A stretch of 64,000 bases of DNA, taken from Octopus sinensis. Taxonomy: Eukaryota. Positions within the stretch are counted from its first letter, which is position 1. Every line of letters begins with the position of its first letter. Made by a program: the position numbers and the translations under genes. Shown here piece after piece: positions 51,481-64,000 of this stretch. Location of the stretch: contig NC_043007.1 of the NCBI RefSeq assembly GCF_006345805.1, positions 76,942,001 to 77,006,000 of the forward strand. Reading direction: 5' to 3'. Under the pieces are notes generated by a model. That model did not search any database and was not told the origin of the DNA. It saw only the letters and a list, made by a program, of their open reading frames with translations.

Positions 51481-52895
51481 CTAAACTAGATTCATAGAAT
51501 TCATACCAAGTTCCATTTATGTAAAAAAAGACAAAATTTTTCAACACCCACCCTATCAAGGTTTCTTTTATTTTTCTTTTCTTTCTCCTTGTTTATTTTC
51601 ATTTTCAAAACTCTACATAATTGCATTCAATTGTTTAAGGCAGACAACCAGCAAATTTGATTTGGAGCTAGCCATTAAAATGTTATATTTTAATACGTCC
51701 CTGAAGGCAAGGCGGACTATGTATGATTAGCAGTTATAGTTTGAGATTTTCTAGATGTATTTGAATGGAGTGATTATCAATCTATAAAAATAATTTTCAA
51801 TTTTAGATTTTCTGAATTACTTCCCAATATAACAACAGTTTGGTATCATCAATGTTGGAAGGGGAAAATTGCTTCACACAAACTGCTGAGGAGAAATTCC
51901 TGCTCAGCTCACCTTCCATACTACACCACCACCACCACTATGACTACTATCACTGAGACATTCATGTTCTCTAGTGGCAGGCAACATTTCTTTCCCTTCT
52001 ATTTCTTTTTTTTTTTTTTGGCCGTTTGTTTTTATGGCAGCTACCATAGCTCATAGCTGTCAGCAATAAAATGAAGCAATAACAACAGTCTGCTGAATAA
52101 AACAGGGTCCCACAGTTTTTATACTGTGTGTGTGTGTGTGTGTGTGAATAAATGTATGTATGAGTATACACATATTTAAGTGTGTGTGTGTGTATTTATA
52201 TAATTCACCAAAGCCTAACCCTGGCATTCTGAGCTTACCACCTGACAAGACCAGGTCCTGACCAAACTGGCAATACAAATAAATCATAACCCTGACAGCC
52301 ATTCTCTCTCTTTTTTTTTTTTTATCATCACTCCCTCTCCTCTATCTCTCTTTGTAACACACACACACACACGCACACTCTCTCGCACACAAATAAACAG
52401 AAAAGGCTAAGGAAACAGTCACCAGAATATATATAAAATAAAGGAAATTCAAGCTAGTGGTGGTATTTCTTCTCTCCCCTTTCCCCCCTCCCTCTCTCTC
52501 TCTCTCTCTCTAACACAGCTTGGATTGATTGAGTGGAATCCTGATTTCTTCTTCTGGTTGCTGACATTTATTTATTGACTTATAATTTCCACAGACAAAA
52601 AGGGGTACCTCAAGACTGAACACTAAAAGGCTGAAACTAATATTAAACTATTGGAAGCTTGAAAGCCAGCTACTTCTCCATGCTTTGATAATGTGTGTGT
52701 GTGAAGGACAAGGTAGAAACAATGCATTTTGATGGCAAATTTAACAAAATTTCTATGTCACGGTTGTAAGTTTTTAACCTTTAGCATTTAAACAGGCCAA
52801 TATCTGCAGCAAATATTCTTCCTGTCTTTTATTCAAACTGGCCAGATCCAGCTTCTCTTACCTATACTACAATGTCATTCTAAAAATAAACAATA

Positions 52896-53455
52896 GGTGT
52901 AGGAGTGGCTGTGTGGTAAGTAGCATGCTTACCAACCACATGGCACCTTGGGCAAGTGTCTTCTACTATACCCTCGGACCGACCAAAGCCTTGTGAGTGG
53001 ATTTGGTAGACAGAAACTGAAAGAAGATGCATGTGTATATATATGTTTGTGTGTCTGTGTTTGTCACCTCAACATCGTTGACAACAAAAATGATTTAGAG
53101 TTTGAAAGTATATACTCCTTTAGTCTTTTACTAGCTTCAGTCATTTGATTGCGGCCATGCTGAAGCATCACCTTTAGTCAAACAAATTGACCCCAGGACT
53201 TATTCTTAGTAAGCCTTGTACTTATACTATTGGTCTCTTTTGCTAAACTGCTAAGTTACGGGAACATAAACACACCAACATCGGTTGTCAAATGATGGTG
53301 GGGAGACAGACACACAAACACACATGATGGTCGTCTTTCAGTTTCCTTCTACCAAATCCACTCACAAGGCTTTGGTTGGCCTGAGGCTATAGTAGAAGAT
53401 ACTTGCTCAAGGTTCCATGCATTGCGACTGAACCTGGTACCATGTGGTTGGGAAG
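52896..53455. mobile_element. Two adjacent CORE-like SINEs in inverted orientation (52896-53085 +, 53114-53455 -)
   Basis: ccaaagccttgtgagtggatttggtaga on + pairs with tctaccaaatccactcacaaggctttgg. Confidence 0.8.
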
Positions 53456-54624
53456 CAGAAAAGAAAAATTTAATTATTTATTAGTAACTTTTATCTTTGA
53501 GCGGTGACCATGTTTGGGACACCACCTTGAAGGGTCTAGTTAAATAAACTGACCCCTACCGTACTTATTTATTTATTTTTTTAAAGTCTGAAACTTATTC
53601 AATTGATATTTTCTGCTTAACTGCTAACTGATGGAGATATAAGCAAACCAACATTGGTTGTCAAATGAGGGAGGGGAGCAACACAAACACACAACAGAAA
53701 ATTTCTATCAACTAAATCCACTCACAGGGCATGTCAGCCCAGGTTTATAGTATAAGACACTTGCCCAAGGCGACACACAGAGGGACTGAACCCAAAACCA
53801 CAGAATTGCAAAGTAAGCTTTTTTAACAACACAGTCATGCTTGTGTCAAAGTCAAAAAATTATCAGTATATTAAGCTTGTTTTTAAGACCAGTTTCAATT
53901 CTAGAACCAGATGGTATATCATGCCCTTGAGCAAGGTACTTCATTTCATATTGCTCCAGCCCACACCACTCAAAAATAAGAACCAGCAGCAACTAGAGAT
54001 TAAACATGTGATAGCCTAGCAACATATTCTGGAGAAAGTCTCCAAGAGCTAGGAGTAGTGGCAACTGCTTGGGACTCTATTTCTGCTGCAGAAAGGCTGT
54101 TATGATAACTCACTTGCCTTATCGGCCTTGACTTGATGATGAACTTAACAAAAGGGTCAGTGTTTATAAAGATGATGGAACTCTAAGATGATCCCAAAAC
54201 TTCAGCTTTATATGGGTTTCTTGGGCTTCTCTATCTTTGCAAGCAATTTTAAACAATACTTATAAAAACTCATTTCTCATGAGCAATATATACTAATATC
54301 ATTATGTGTATATCATGGTATTGACAAGATTATCGGATGTTGTTATGCATTGCTGGTCACAATGCACTTTGCATTGTTATAGCTTTCAAATGATGCAACC
54401 CTGCTGGTTAGGCAAGCAGGCCAACATTTTCCCTGGTCTGAAGGTTATTTCATTACAGGGTTACCCATTTACAGCTGAGCAGACTGGAGCAACAGGGAAT
54501 GATGAGTTTTGTACAAGAACACAACGAGCCACCCAGTCCAGGAATCAAACCCATGATCTACCGCTCATGAGTGTGACACCCTAACCACTAGGAATATATC
54601 AACCCAAATCATATTTGGGGAGAG

Positions 54625-54659
<35 letters not shown>

Positions 54660-54822
54660 CACTCACGGAGTGGTTGGCGTTAGGAAGGGCATCCAGCCGT
54701 AGAAACACTGCCAGATTTGACTGGGCCTGATGAAGCCTTCTGGCTTCACAGACCCCAGTAGAACCGTCCAACCCATTCTAGCATGGAAAGCGGACGCTAA
54801 ACGATGATGATGATGATGATGA
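54660..54822 (+). mobile_element. (GAT)n-tailed retroposon
   Basis: ggttggcgttaggaagggcatccagcc...ggacgctaaacgatgatgat. Confidence 0.7.
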
Positions 54823-55112
54823 TATTGGGTATGGCTGTGTGGTTAGGGAGCTTGCTTCCTAGCTACATGGTTTCGGGTTCAGTCCCACCGCATGGCACTT
54901 TGGGTAGGTGTCTTCTGATATAGCCCTGAGGCGACCGAAGCTTTGTGATTGAATTTGGTAGGCGGAAGTTACTGCTGTGTGTGTAGATGCTTGTGCCTCT
55001 CAGATATATATATATATATATAGTTATTCCAGAAACACTGCCTTTTGCAATAATATATGAACACATGGTTGAAAGGGGAAGAGTAATAAAATAGAAAAAT
55101 GTTAAAACTTAC

Positions 55113-55184
55113 AATTTCCTGAGTAACCGACAAGATTCCCATCCATCAAGTTCCACTGATTTGATATTATTGTGTGTTAAAGAT
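55113..55184 (-). CDS. LRIG: LRIG exon: single LRR
   Basis: ctccaacag| and |gtaagt; 72 nt, phase 2-2; SLTHNNIKSVELDGWESCRLLRKL (LRIG W-x-x-C repeat). Not in the ORF track. Confidence 0.93.
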
Positions 55185-56655
55185 CTGTTGGAGGAAGACA
55201 AAAGAGACACATTAGATTAAAACTTAGAAAGGGGTTTGGCTAACAAGAAGCTAACGAGATAAGATAACAGAATTATACACAGGCTGCACTGAGTGTATAG
55301 TAAACATACTGTATTAAATGTCAGTATCATTTCGTGTAGGGTTGATGTTAACATTTCTACAATTAAATTATTGCAGTCAGATTCACAGAATTTATAAGTT
55401 TGGTTTAAGTACAAATTCAGCACAATAACGCACTGGATGATAAAATACGGTTCTTGCAGACTTTATCTTTGTCTAGTACACATGTAATCACCAGGGTGGA
55501 ACATATTCATTTGCCAAACTACACACATGGTGAAGGGTAGGCGGAGGCTGGAACTCAGTAGTACTACCATCTAACTGGTTTGACGAGACAGTTGACATTT
55601 GCAAATATCTTTTGCGTCTTCTTCTTGTACCCTTTTGTATTTTATTGCTCGACCAACCAATCCTATCTGAGATTTGTCCGTGGATGTAAAAATGAAATTA
55701 AGTAACGAACAGAAGGAGGCTGGAGCAATTTTTGTTTTTTCTTGGGTCCCTAGGACTCATAAGGCTGGTTTCCTGGTTTCTATGGCATATAGAAGATGGA
55801 AACCACAGCATTTCCCTGAATTTGGCATTGGTCTCTTGCAGGGTTCAAGGCCGACAATTTTGAAGGGAAGGTACAAGTTGATGACATTGACCCAAGCATT
55901 GACAAGTATTTTATTTCATTGACCCTGAAGGAAGGAAGGAAAAGCAAAACTGCTCATAAGATTTGAACTCAGAATGTAAAGAACTAGAAGAAATGTTGCA
56001 AGGGATTTTGTCCAACATGCTAATGTCAGCTTGCTACCTTGGCTGGAACAGTGTGAGATATGTAGTTCTTTTTTCATTCTGTTCATGGAATTATTTTGTA
56101 CAAATGATACCTGCAAACACACTATGTATGTTCATGTCCAGTTGTGGGCAAGCATTATAACCAAAGGTTGAAACATTAACGCAAATCTAGCCAGCAATAA
56201 AATTATATATGAATAAGGACCTAAATCTTATAATACAAGTAGCAGTTAATATGTCCTCAGGGCCCTTAACTCCCAGTAGAGTCATAAATATACCCTCATC
56301 ATGACATACAGCATTTTAGATCTGGCAGAACTTCCTACCTTCTATGCGTCTGACCTCTTCCACAGAGGAAGAGGAGAAGTAAAATCAACCACAGTACAAG
56401 ACTAACACTTTATTTCTTGACTCTGACAAGCATGAAAGGCAAAGTTGCCCTCAGCAGAATCTGTATTCAGAATGCAGATAGCAGGAATACATACAGCAAA
56501 ATTTTCTCTTTGATGCTTCCAACAATGTCAACTCACCACATTATTATCTAGGTTGATACCAATAGAAAATGAGTCAAACATAACATATTCATAGTAAATA
56601 ATTCCTTAAATCCTTGCTCACTTTCGTATTATAAGCTTACTGACATAAGATTTAG

Positions 56656-56706
<51 letters not shown>

Positions 56707-57239
56707 TCTTGTTTTAATGGAAGTAGGTAATTTGGCAATTGATACACAAAATATGTTGAATTAGAACAGGTAAGGCCACAACTTGGCAAGAAAATAATGT
56801 AAAAATATTTTTTTTATTCAGGCAGTTGTTTACCTCTAAGTGATAATTTTGTTAATTAGATACTAACTGAAGTGGAAGCTTACTTAATGAAGATAATTCT
56901 TCTAACTTACTATTATACACAGAGATATGCGCGCACACATACACACATATATACACACACACACACACATATATACATGCACAAACGTTTCAATCAAGTG
57001 ATATTAGCACTCCCAGCCAAGTTATAAAACACACACACACACAAACAAACAAACAAACAAAGAGAAAAAAAAGAAAAGTCTATAATACCCTAATTCCAGT
57101 TAAACAGCAACTTCAAATAGCAGTAATTAATAAATCATTAGAACTATTGTTATTTTTGAAACAGTTAACGAAGGTTAGGGAAAGAAATGGACAAGAATAA
57201 TAATAATAGTATATATAATGAATTGAATTCAGTGAGAAC

Positions 57240-57271
<32 letters not shown>

Positions 57272-58084
57272 TAATAATGATAATAAACTCAAAACTAACA
57301 ATTTCTAATTAGCAGTAGCATTTATGTGCGTTAAGGGCTTGCACTTGCCTGAACCCCACAGGTAAAAAAAGAAACAAAGCCAACAAGGTGTCAATAAACA
57401 AAGCCTAGCTTTGATTTGTAAAGTTGTTAATGATATTACCCAGTACAAACCAGTTTGTTATGAGGCAGGGTTTCTTATATTCAATGTGTGAGCAGGTGGA
57501 AAATGCAAAACATGGGAACATATGGACAAGAAATTACTGGATTACAAAAACTATGTAAATGAAAGAGAAAAAAAGAGCAAGAAAAGAAAGATTTTTTCTC
57601 CCCTGATTGAGATATTTAAAGAGTTTAATTTGAATTATACATTTGTCTTCTCTCCCTCATTCACACACACAGACACACTTACAAATACATAATATATTCA
57701 TGACCACCTGGGGAAAGTTACATAAAACCATGCACTCCTTGTGATAATTGATGCTGTGATAAGATATATTAAATTTTATTTTCCTATGACAAAAAAAAAT
57801 GTACAAATAATCTTTGTATATTCATTTCAGGGATTTTGTCAGCTATACTTGATCAAGTTAAACCACTCCACTGAGGTTGCAGATAGTTTACAAATAGGGG
57901 ATATAGACTGAACTTGCTTTGAACTTCTTGCTTAACACTGAGGAGATAAATAAGTAAGGTTATACAATTCTTCAGCATGCAGTTATGTAATACTGGCAGT
58001 TAATTTGATGAAAAACATGTACGTTTTATTCTGCATAAAATACCAAATATATTTCCTGCATTTTATGAATTATATATTCTTTTA

Positions 58085-58410
58085 TTCTTTTACTTGTTTC
58101 AGTCAGTTAACTGAGGCCATGCTGGAGCACCACCATTTACTTGAAGAAATTGATCCCTGGACTTATTCTTTGTAAGCCAGGTACTTATTCTATTGGTCTT
58201 TTCTGCTGAACTGCTAATTTACGGGGAACATAAACACACAGTGAGGGTGAGAGGGGGATAAACACAGATACACACAAATATATGCATACATATATATATA
58301 TACGATGGGCTTCTTTCAGCTTCTGTCCACTCACAAGGTGCCATGCAGTGGGACTGAACCTGGAACCATGTGGTTGGGAAGCAAGCTTCTTACCACACAG
58401 TCATGCCTGC
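58085..58410 (-). mobile_element. CORE-like tRNA SINE, internally deleted
   Basis: Reverse complement of the 32773 family. Confidence 0.7.
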
Positions 58411-58640
58411 ATGCATATATAAAACTTGTGTGGCTATAAAAATCACGATTTTCTTATAGCACATCATTATCAATAGAAGTAATGAAGGATAACAACAGCA
58501 AGAATCAAAGTCCAGGACACTGACTTGGTTTCTATGGAACAAGGTATTTTTAAGACATGGATGGAATAAAGTTTCCATCATCAGGCAATATTTCCTTAGT
58601 TTGCCTCTGTAGAACTAGATTATGACAACTATGATTAGAT

Positions 58641-58909
58641 CAGTGGTTTCAACCATTTTTTGTCTATGGATACCTTTGATTCCTATTTTGCTCACCTGTC
58701 CTCCCCACCACGTTAAAAAAAATCCAATTATATTTGTATGATTAAATCATCATCGTCGTTTAACGTCCGCTTTCCATGCTGGCATTAAGAATTGTATAAA
58801 ACAAATAGTTAAAATATTTTGAGTACCGTAGAAGAATAACTAATTTATTACTCATAAACTTTAACAACAAAATCTTATATGGATCCCCATGGGTCATATA
58901 GAACGACTG
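58641..58909. mobile_element. hAT (Charlie-like) MITE
   Basis: cagtggtttcaacc...gaacgactg; 8-bp TSD gattagat/ggttagat. Confidence 0.65.
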
Positions 58910-59411
58910 GGTTAGATTTTCTATCATTATTTTCTTTTTTTCATGTAAAAAGCTACTTTTGTATGCTAATAATGCAATTTTGATCTCTCAATAATATAGA
59001 CTTTCCCTAAGATATCCTTGAAGGTATTATGAATATAATTTATATCACATTCTCTGACAAATCTGATTGGAGTTATAACTATATATATTAAATAATTACA
59101 CTGCAAACTACACAAACACACATACTGCACACACACACACACATTTATGAGTGAGAAGGATGGAAGTAAGATATATATACTGTATTTACTCGTGTATAAT
59201 TGCACTATTTTACTCTTGATTTTGACAAAAAAACTGAGGTGAGACATATATGGGACAAAGCTTAAGCCATGAAAAGAAAGAGATTATGACCAAGATTTAA
59301 CACATAATTTGGGGTGCAAATATGGTAGATATATTTGAATGTCCAAACATATATTACAATATAAATTACATAAAAACATACACACAATAAATAGAATAAA
59401 ATAAATCTTAC

Positions 59412-59483
59412 AATTGTTTTAGTGTTTTTAATCCATACAACCAGCCTTTTGATATCGTTGAAATATTATTGTGATTCAATTGT
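59412..59483 (-). CDS. LRIG: LRIG exon: single LRR
   Basis: tttccag| and |gtaaga; 72 nt; QLNHNNISTISKGWLYGLKTLKQL (KGWLYGL LRIG signature). Confidence 0.95.
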
Positions 59484-60911
59484 CTGGAAAGATAAATATA
59501 TAATTTAAAGACAAATAATAAATAAACATATCCGTATTTATAAAGAAAATAATATGTATTAAATATTGTAAAAGATATATAAGATATGTGGTCTGGTGAC
59601 AAACAACAGATAAATTATTTATCAGGTTTGTTTTCTTAAGAGATTGATTTTATTGATTGACCAATTCATTCAGTCATGTTTGGTGACTGAATCAAGCACA
59701 AAGCCATATTGGATGAAAAGGACAGCTATTGACTGAATTTAATTTGCAACGGATCTTTCACCAGAGGAATGCCACCAATATGGATCTTGCTCTCAGTGTA
59801 TGCTCAGTTGGACTGTAGCTATGTCAGCATTTTCTACAAACCTGTTGTTGGTGTTGTAGTAACCTCCCACTTGTGTTCCACTGAGCTGCTGATAAAGATT
59901 TTGTAAGCTTCAGTTCCACCAATGATCTTGAGAGCTTTCTTTTGCACTGCCAGTTATTACTAACCTATTCTCTGGCAACCTGCATCATCATTTAACACCC
60001 ACTTTTCCATGCTTTCATGAATCAGACAGAATTTGTTGAGGTTTTCTATGGCTGGATGTCCTTTCTGCCACCAACTTTGACCTGTTTTCAAGTAAGGTAA
60101 TATTTTCCCATGTATGGTGATGATGCTCACTTATAACCACCACACTGTCTAGCCAAGAGTACACACACACACACACAGAGGCTTCTTTCAGTTTCTATCT
60201 GCCAAGTTCAAGTTCATTCACAAAGCTTTAGTCAGTCTGGGTGTTATAGTAGAAAGCACTTGTCCAAGGTACTGTGCAATAGAACTGAATCTGAGACCTC
60301 ATGGTTGAGAAAGAAACTTCTTAACCACACAGCCATGTATGACTGCCGTTAATTCTGGTTTATGAATTAAAAGAAAGAGATGAATGAATGAATGATGAAT
60401 ATCTTTTTCCTCATCATCATCATTTAATGTTTGTTTTCCATGGTGGTACGGGCTGGATGGTTTCACAGGAGCTGGGAAGCCAGAGAGCTGCATCAGGCTC
60501 AATTTATCTGTTTTAGCAAGGTTTCTAGAGCTGGGTGCTATTACTAACACCAACCACTTACATAGTGTACTGGATGCTTTTCATGTTGAACCAGTACAGG
60601 TGCTTTATATGTGGCCCCAACACAGGAGCCTTTATGTAACATCAGCATGAGTGATTTTTACAGAATACTTTCTTAGGAAAGCCAGCTACCAATTTCCTAA
60701 TTTTATAAATGGATGTAATGTAGAAGTGTTGTCCTACCTTAAAACATAATAAAATACCTTCAACAGCTTTGAGGTCACAACATATGAGTTTGCAACCAAG
60801 TTTTTTCTTTCTAATTTTAGCATTCAGACAATGTGGTATTAACTCAGAGTATGTGTGTGCGTATTTATACAGGATGTGTGATTAATGCAAAAAGAGGACT
60901 TATATACTTAC

Positions 60912-61055
60912 AGATTTTGGATTTTTCCTAGTCCAAAAAATGAACCATCTTTTAATTTAGAGATGAAGTTTCTTTTTAACTTGAGGATCTGTAAGTTATC
61001 CAATCCACGAAATGATAGACTTTCGATAACAGTGAACTTATTCCGTGACATCTCT
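60912..61055 (-). CDS. LRIG: LRIG exon: two LRRs
   Basis: 144 nt, phase 2-2; EMSRNKFTVIESLSFRGLDNLQILKLKRNFISKLKDGSFFGLGKIQNL. Confidence 0.95.
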
Positions 61056-62213
61056 CTGTAATTTATGTAAAAAAGGAGATTAATAAACACAAACCAATGA
61101 GAATTCTCATTAAGATTATCGAAATCTATTATTCCTTTAATACTAACACCACCTAACCACTGTTCATACAGATTTAAATTAAAATCTTATTCCCAGCATA
61201 ATATGCCAATATTTATTCCTTTATTGCTCACAGGGGGCTAAACACAGAGGAAACAAACAAAGGGGTTAAGTCGATTACATCGACCCCAGTGCACAATATT
61301 AATCAGTCGATGAGAGGGATTACTGTATGGTTGCTCAATCCACTAGAAATAGCAGACAAATCTCCTCCAATCACACCCAGATTGTCTTAAAAAAAAGGAG
61401 GGATATATTGGATACTATGCCCGAAGGAAAAAGACAGGATGGTCCATGTTTGGATTGTCATTGATCAGGGTTGATATGGAAATAAACAGCAACAACAGTT
61501 GACATAAAACTGGGATAATAAATGCCTTTCTATGCTGTCAATCTGCTAGAAACAGTAGTCAACTCTCCTTCAGATCTCACCTTGCTACCTTAAAAAAAAT
61601 GAAGCACAAGTTAATGTAATCAAAGAACAACCAATTCTGAATAAAAGCTAGCATGGTCATGGCTAAAATACCTTTGATGTTAGCTAAACTAGGGCTAAAA
61701 ACTACAACTCAGAGGTAGGCGAATGTTAACTTTTATGAGTTAAGTGTCCTTGCCATGAACACAATGCAGTAGAGGCAATAATATACAAACTGCTAGTCTC
61801 TCCTGACCACATCATTTTGCAATTTGGTCATCTGTGTTTATAAGTATGGGTAACAGATTGAGGGCTATTCAGGGAAATTTACTCATGAAATACAAGCACT
61901 CAGTCCAGTGAGGCGTTTTGTCTTATTTTGTTTAACACTACAAAACCTGGAACTTGGGCATTGGTCCAATGGATGTCGGGTCAATGAATTGTCAAAGAAT
62001 TAACATTGTGGGCAGTTGGAGACTTGATAACCCTCTAACCCAACTACAAATACTTATAGTAATATGGAAAAACAAAAATACCAAAGCAAACTAACATGGA
62101 ATGTTGACTATACTGTTATTAAGATCAAATCAAAAGATAGTGTTCACTACCAGACTGTACAATATTTTAATAGTGAATGAAGTTAAAAGACAATGATATT
62201 AATATCTACTTAC

Positions 62214-62357
62214 AAACACTTCAACTTGGTGAGTTTTTCAAACAAAAACTCTGGCAAATGGTCCAACTTATTTTTGTTCATCTTCAGCAATTCCAAGGAA
62301 GTTAAATTATCAAAACTGTATTTTTCTACTCTTCGGACTCTGTTGTTATTCAGATAG
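62214..62357 (-). CDS. LRIG: LRIG exon: two LRRs (most 5' exon found; gene continues beyond the window)
   Basis: ttttgtttcag| and |gtaagt; 144 nt; YLNNNRVRRVEKYSFDNLTSLELLKMNKNKLDHLPEFLFEKLTKLKCL. Not in the ORF track. Confidence 0.93.
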
Positions 62358-63309
62358 CTGAAACAAAAAAAATTATAATTATTATTACTGAATTAACCAC
62401 TAAAATTTGCAATGTACTATAAGCAACAATTTGAAATGGGATAGAATCTTTGCTTCTAGATGTAGCTGTGTGTTACATTACACAGTACCTAGAGTCTCAA
62501 ACACACCTACCGAGTGAAATTAGTTACATCATCATCATCATCATTTAATCTTTTATCTTTCACTGGTTGCAGTCATTAGACTGTGACCATGCCAGGGTTG
62601 TTCAGCAGAAATAGGGGACAAACACAAAGACATATACATACATGTGCATGATGGGCTTTTCAGTTTCTTTCTACCAAATCCACTCACAAGGCTTTGGTTG
62701 GCCCAAGGCTACAGTAGAAGACACTTGTCCAAGATGCCATGCATTGAGACTGAACCTAGAACCATGTGTTTGGGAAGCAAACTTAACACAGCCATGCCTC
62801 CACCTATGTCCTAACATCCAATTCTATGCTAGCATGGGTCAGTTAGAATTTATTGAGACAGGTTTTCTAGGGCCAGATGGCCTTCAGAGTACAAACCCTC
62901 ATGTTTCCCAGTAAGGTGATACTTTCCCCACAGGAAATATCACCTTGCTTTTCATGGAAGACTGGAAATGAAGAATATTGCTTGTATGATGGCAATGCTC
63001 ATTTACAACCATCACACGATGCCAAGACAAGGGCTCACACACACAAATATGATAAGCTTCTTTTACTTTCTGTTTACCAAATCCACTCACAAGGCTCTAC
63101 TATAGAAGACACTTGCTCAAGGTGCTGCATAGTGGGAGTGAAGCTGAAACCATGGGGTTGGGAAGTAAATCACACTGCTACACCTGTACCAGCATAAAAT
63201 ATTATTAGATATTATAAGCAACAATTTAGACTGGGATATGAACCTTGTTTCTTTCTAGAGGGAGCCTAGAGTGGCTGATAACCCTTCTATATAAAATTAG
63301 TTACATATA

Positions 63310-63708
63310 CTCTTTTACTTTTACTTGTTTCAGTCATTTGACTGCGGCCATGCTGGAGCGCTGCCTTGAGTTGAGCAAATCGACCCCCAGGACTTATTCT
63401 TTGTAAGCCTAGTACTTATTCTATCAGTCTCTTTTGCCGAACGGCTAAGTTACTGGGATGTAAACACACCAGCATTGGTTGTCAAGTGATGTTGGGGGGG
63501 GGGGGATAAACACAGACACACAAACACACATATATATACATATATACGACGAGCTTCTTTCAGTTTCTGTCTACCAAATTCACTCACAAGGCTTTAGTCA
63601 GCCCAAGGCTATAGCAGAAGATACTTGCCAAACGTGCCACACAGTGGGAATGAACCCAGAACCATGTGGTTGGTAAGCAAGCTACTTTCCATACAGCCAC
63701 TCCTGTGC
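63310..63708 (-). mobile_element. CORE-like tRNA SINE, full length
   Basis: Minus strand from ggcacaggagtggctgtatgg head through to gactgaaacaagtaaaagtaaaagagt tail. Confidence 0.85.
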
Positions 63709-63709
63709 C

Positions 63710-63741
<32 letters not shown>

Positions 63742-64000
63742 ATATACATAGAAGAGAAATACATAAATTTATGTAATTCTCTTTCTATCAAACAATACAG
63801 TTTCCTTATAGAATGTAACAACGATATTTACATTAACATTCTGTCAAACAAGTTAAAACTATGGATATTTCATTGCAGTGATGGAACGGTCAGATTGTTT
63901 GACCTTATTTTGGCTCAAAATTAGTTTTGAGCTTAATTGCAAGGATGAAGTAAAATAAACTTTAAGAGAGGTCAGAAACGAGAGGAGAAAAGAATCAATT

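Overview
AT-rich, microsatellite- and SINE-dense eukaryotic DNA. The SINE types and (TA)n/(CA)n density suggest an octopus or other coleoid cephalopod (inference). Two spliced genes converge tail-to-tail. On +, the last two coding exons of an S1 serine peptidase (3672-3808, 7310-7495) specify a non-trypsin pocket (Gly189/Gly216/Ser226). On -, 14 exons of an LRIG-family receptor (62357 down to 17386) splice into one open frame of 1004 aa: 11 LRRs, LRRCT, 3 Ig domains, a TM helix and a poly-Q/PPxY tail. Its 5' end lies beyond the window and its 3' UTR may be about 7 kb. Non-coding highlights: a decayed Merlin (IS1016-like) transposon with both TIRs and an 8-bp TSD, carrying nested insertions and an internal inverted duplication; a solo LTR inside a SINE; a ~300-bp palindrome with two minimal hammerhead-like cores in the putative LRIG 3' UTR; and several inverted repeats that could be ADAR substrates. 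No prokaryote-type system (CRISPR, operon) is present. Exon coordinates were read by eye from GT/AG sites and frame continuity; repeat boundaries are approximate.
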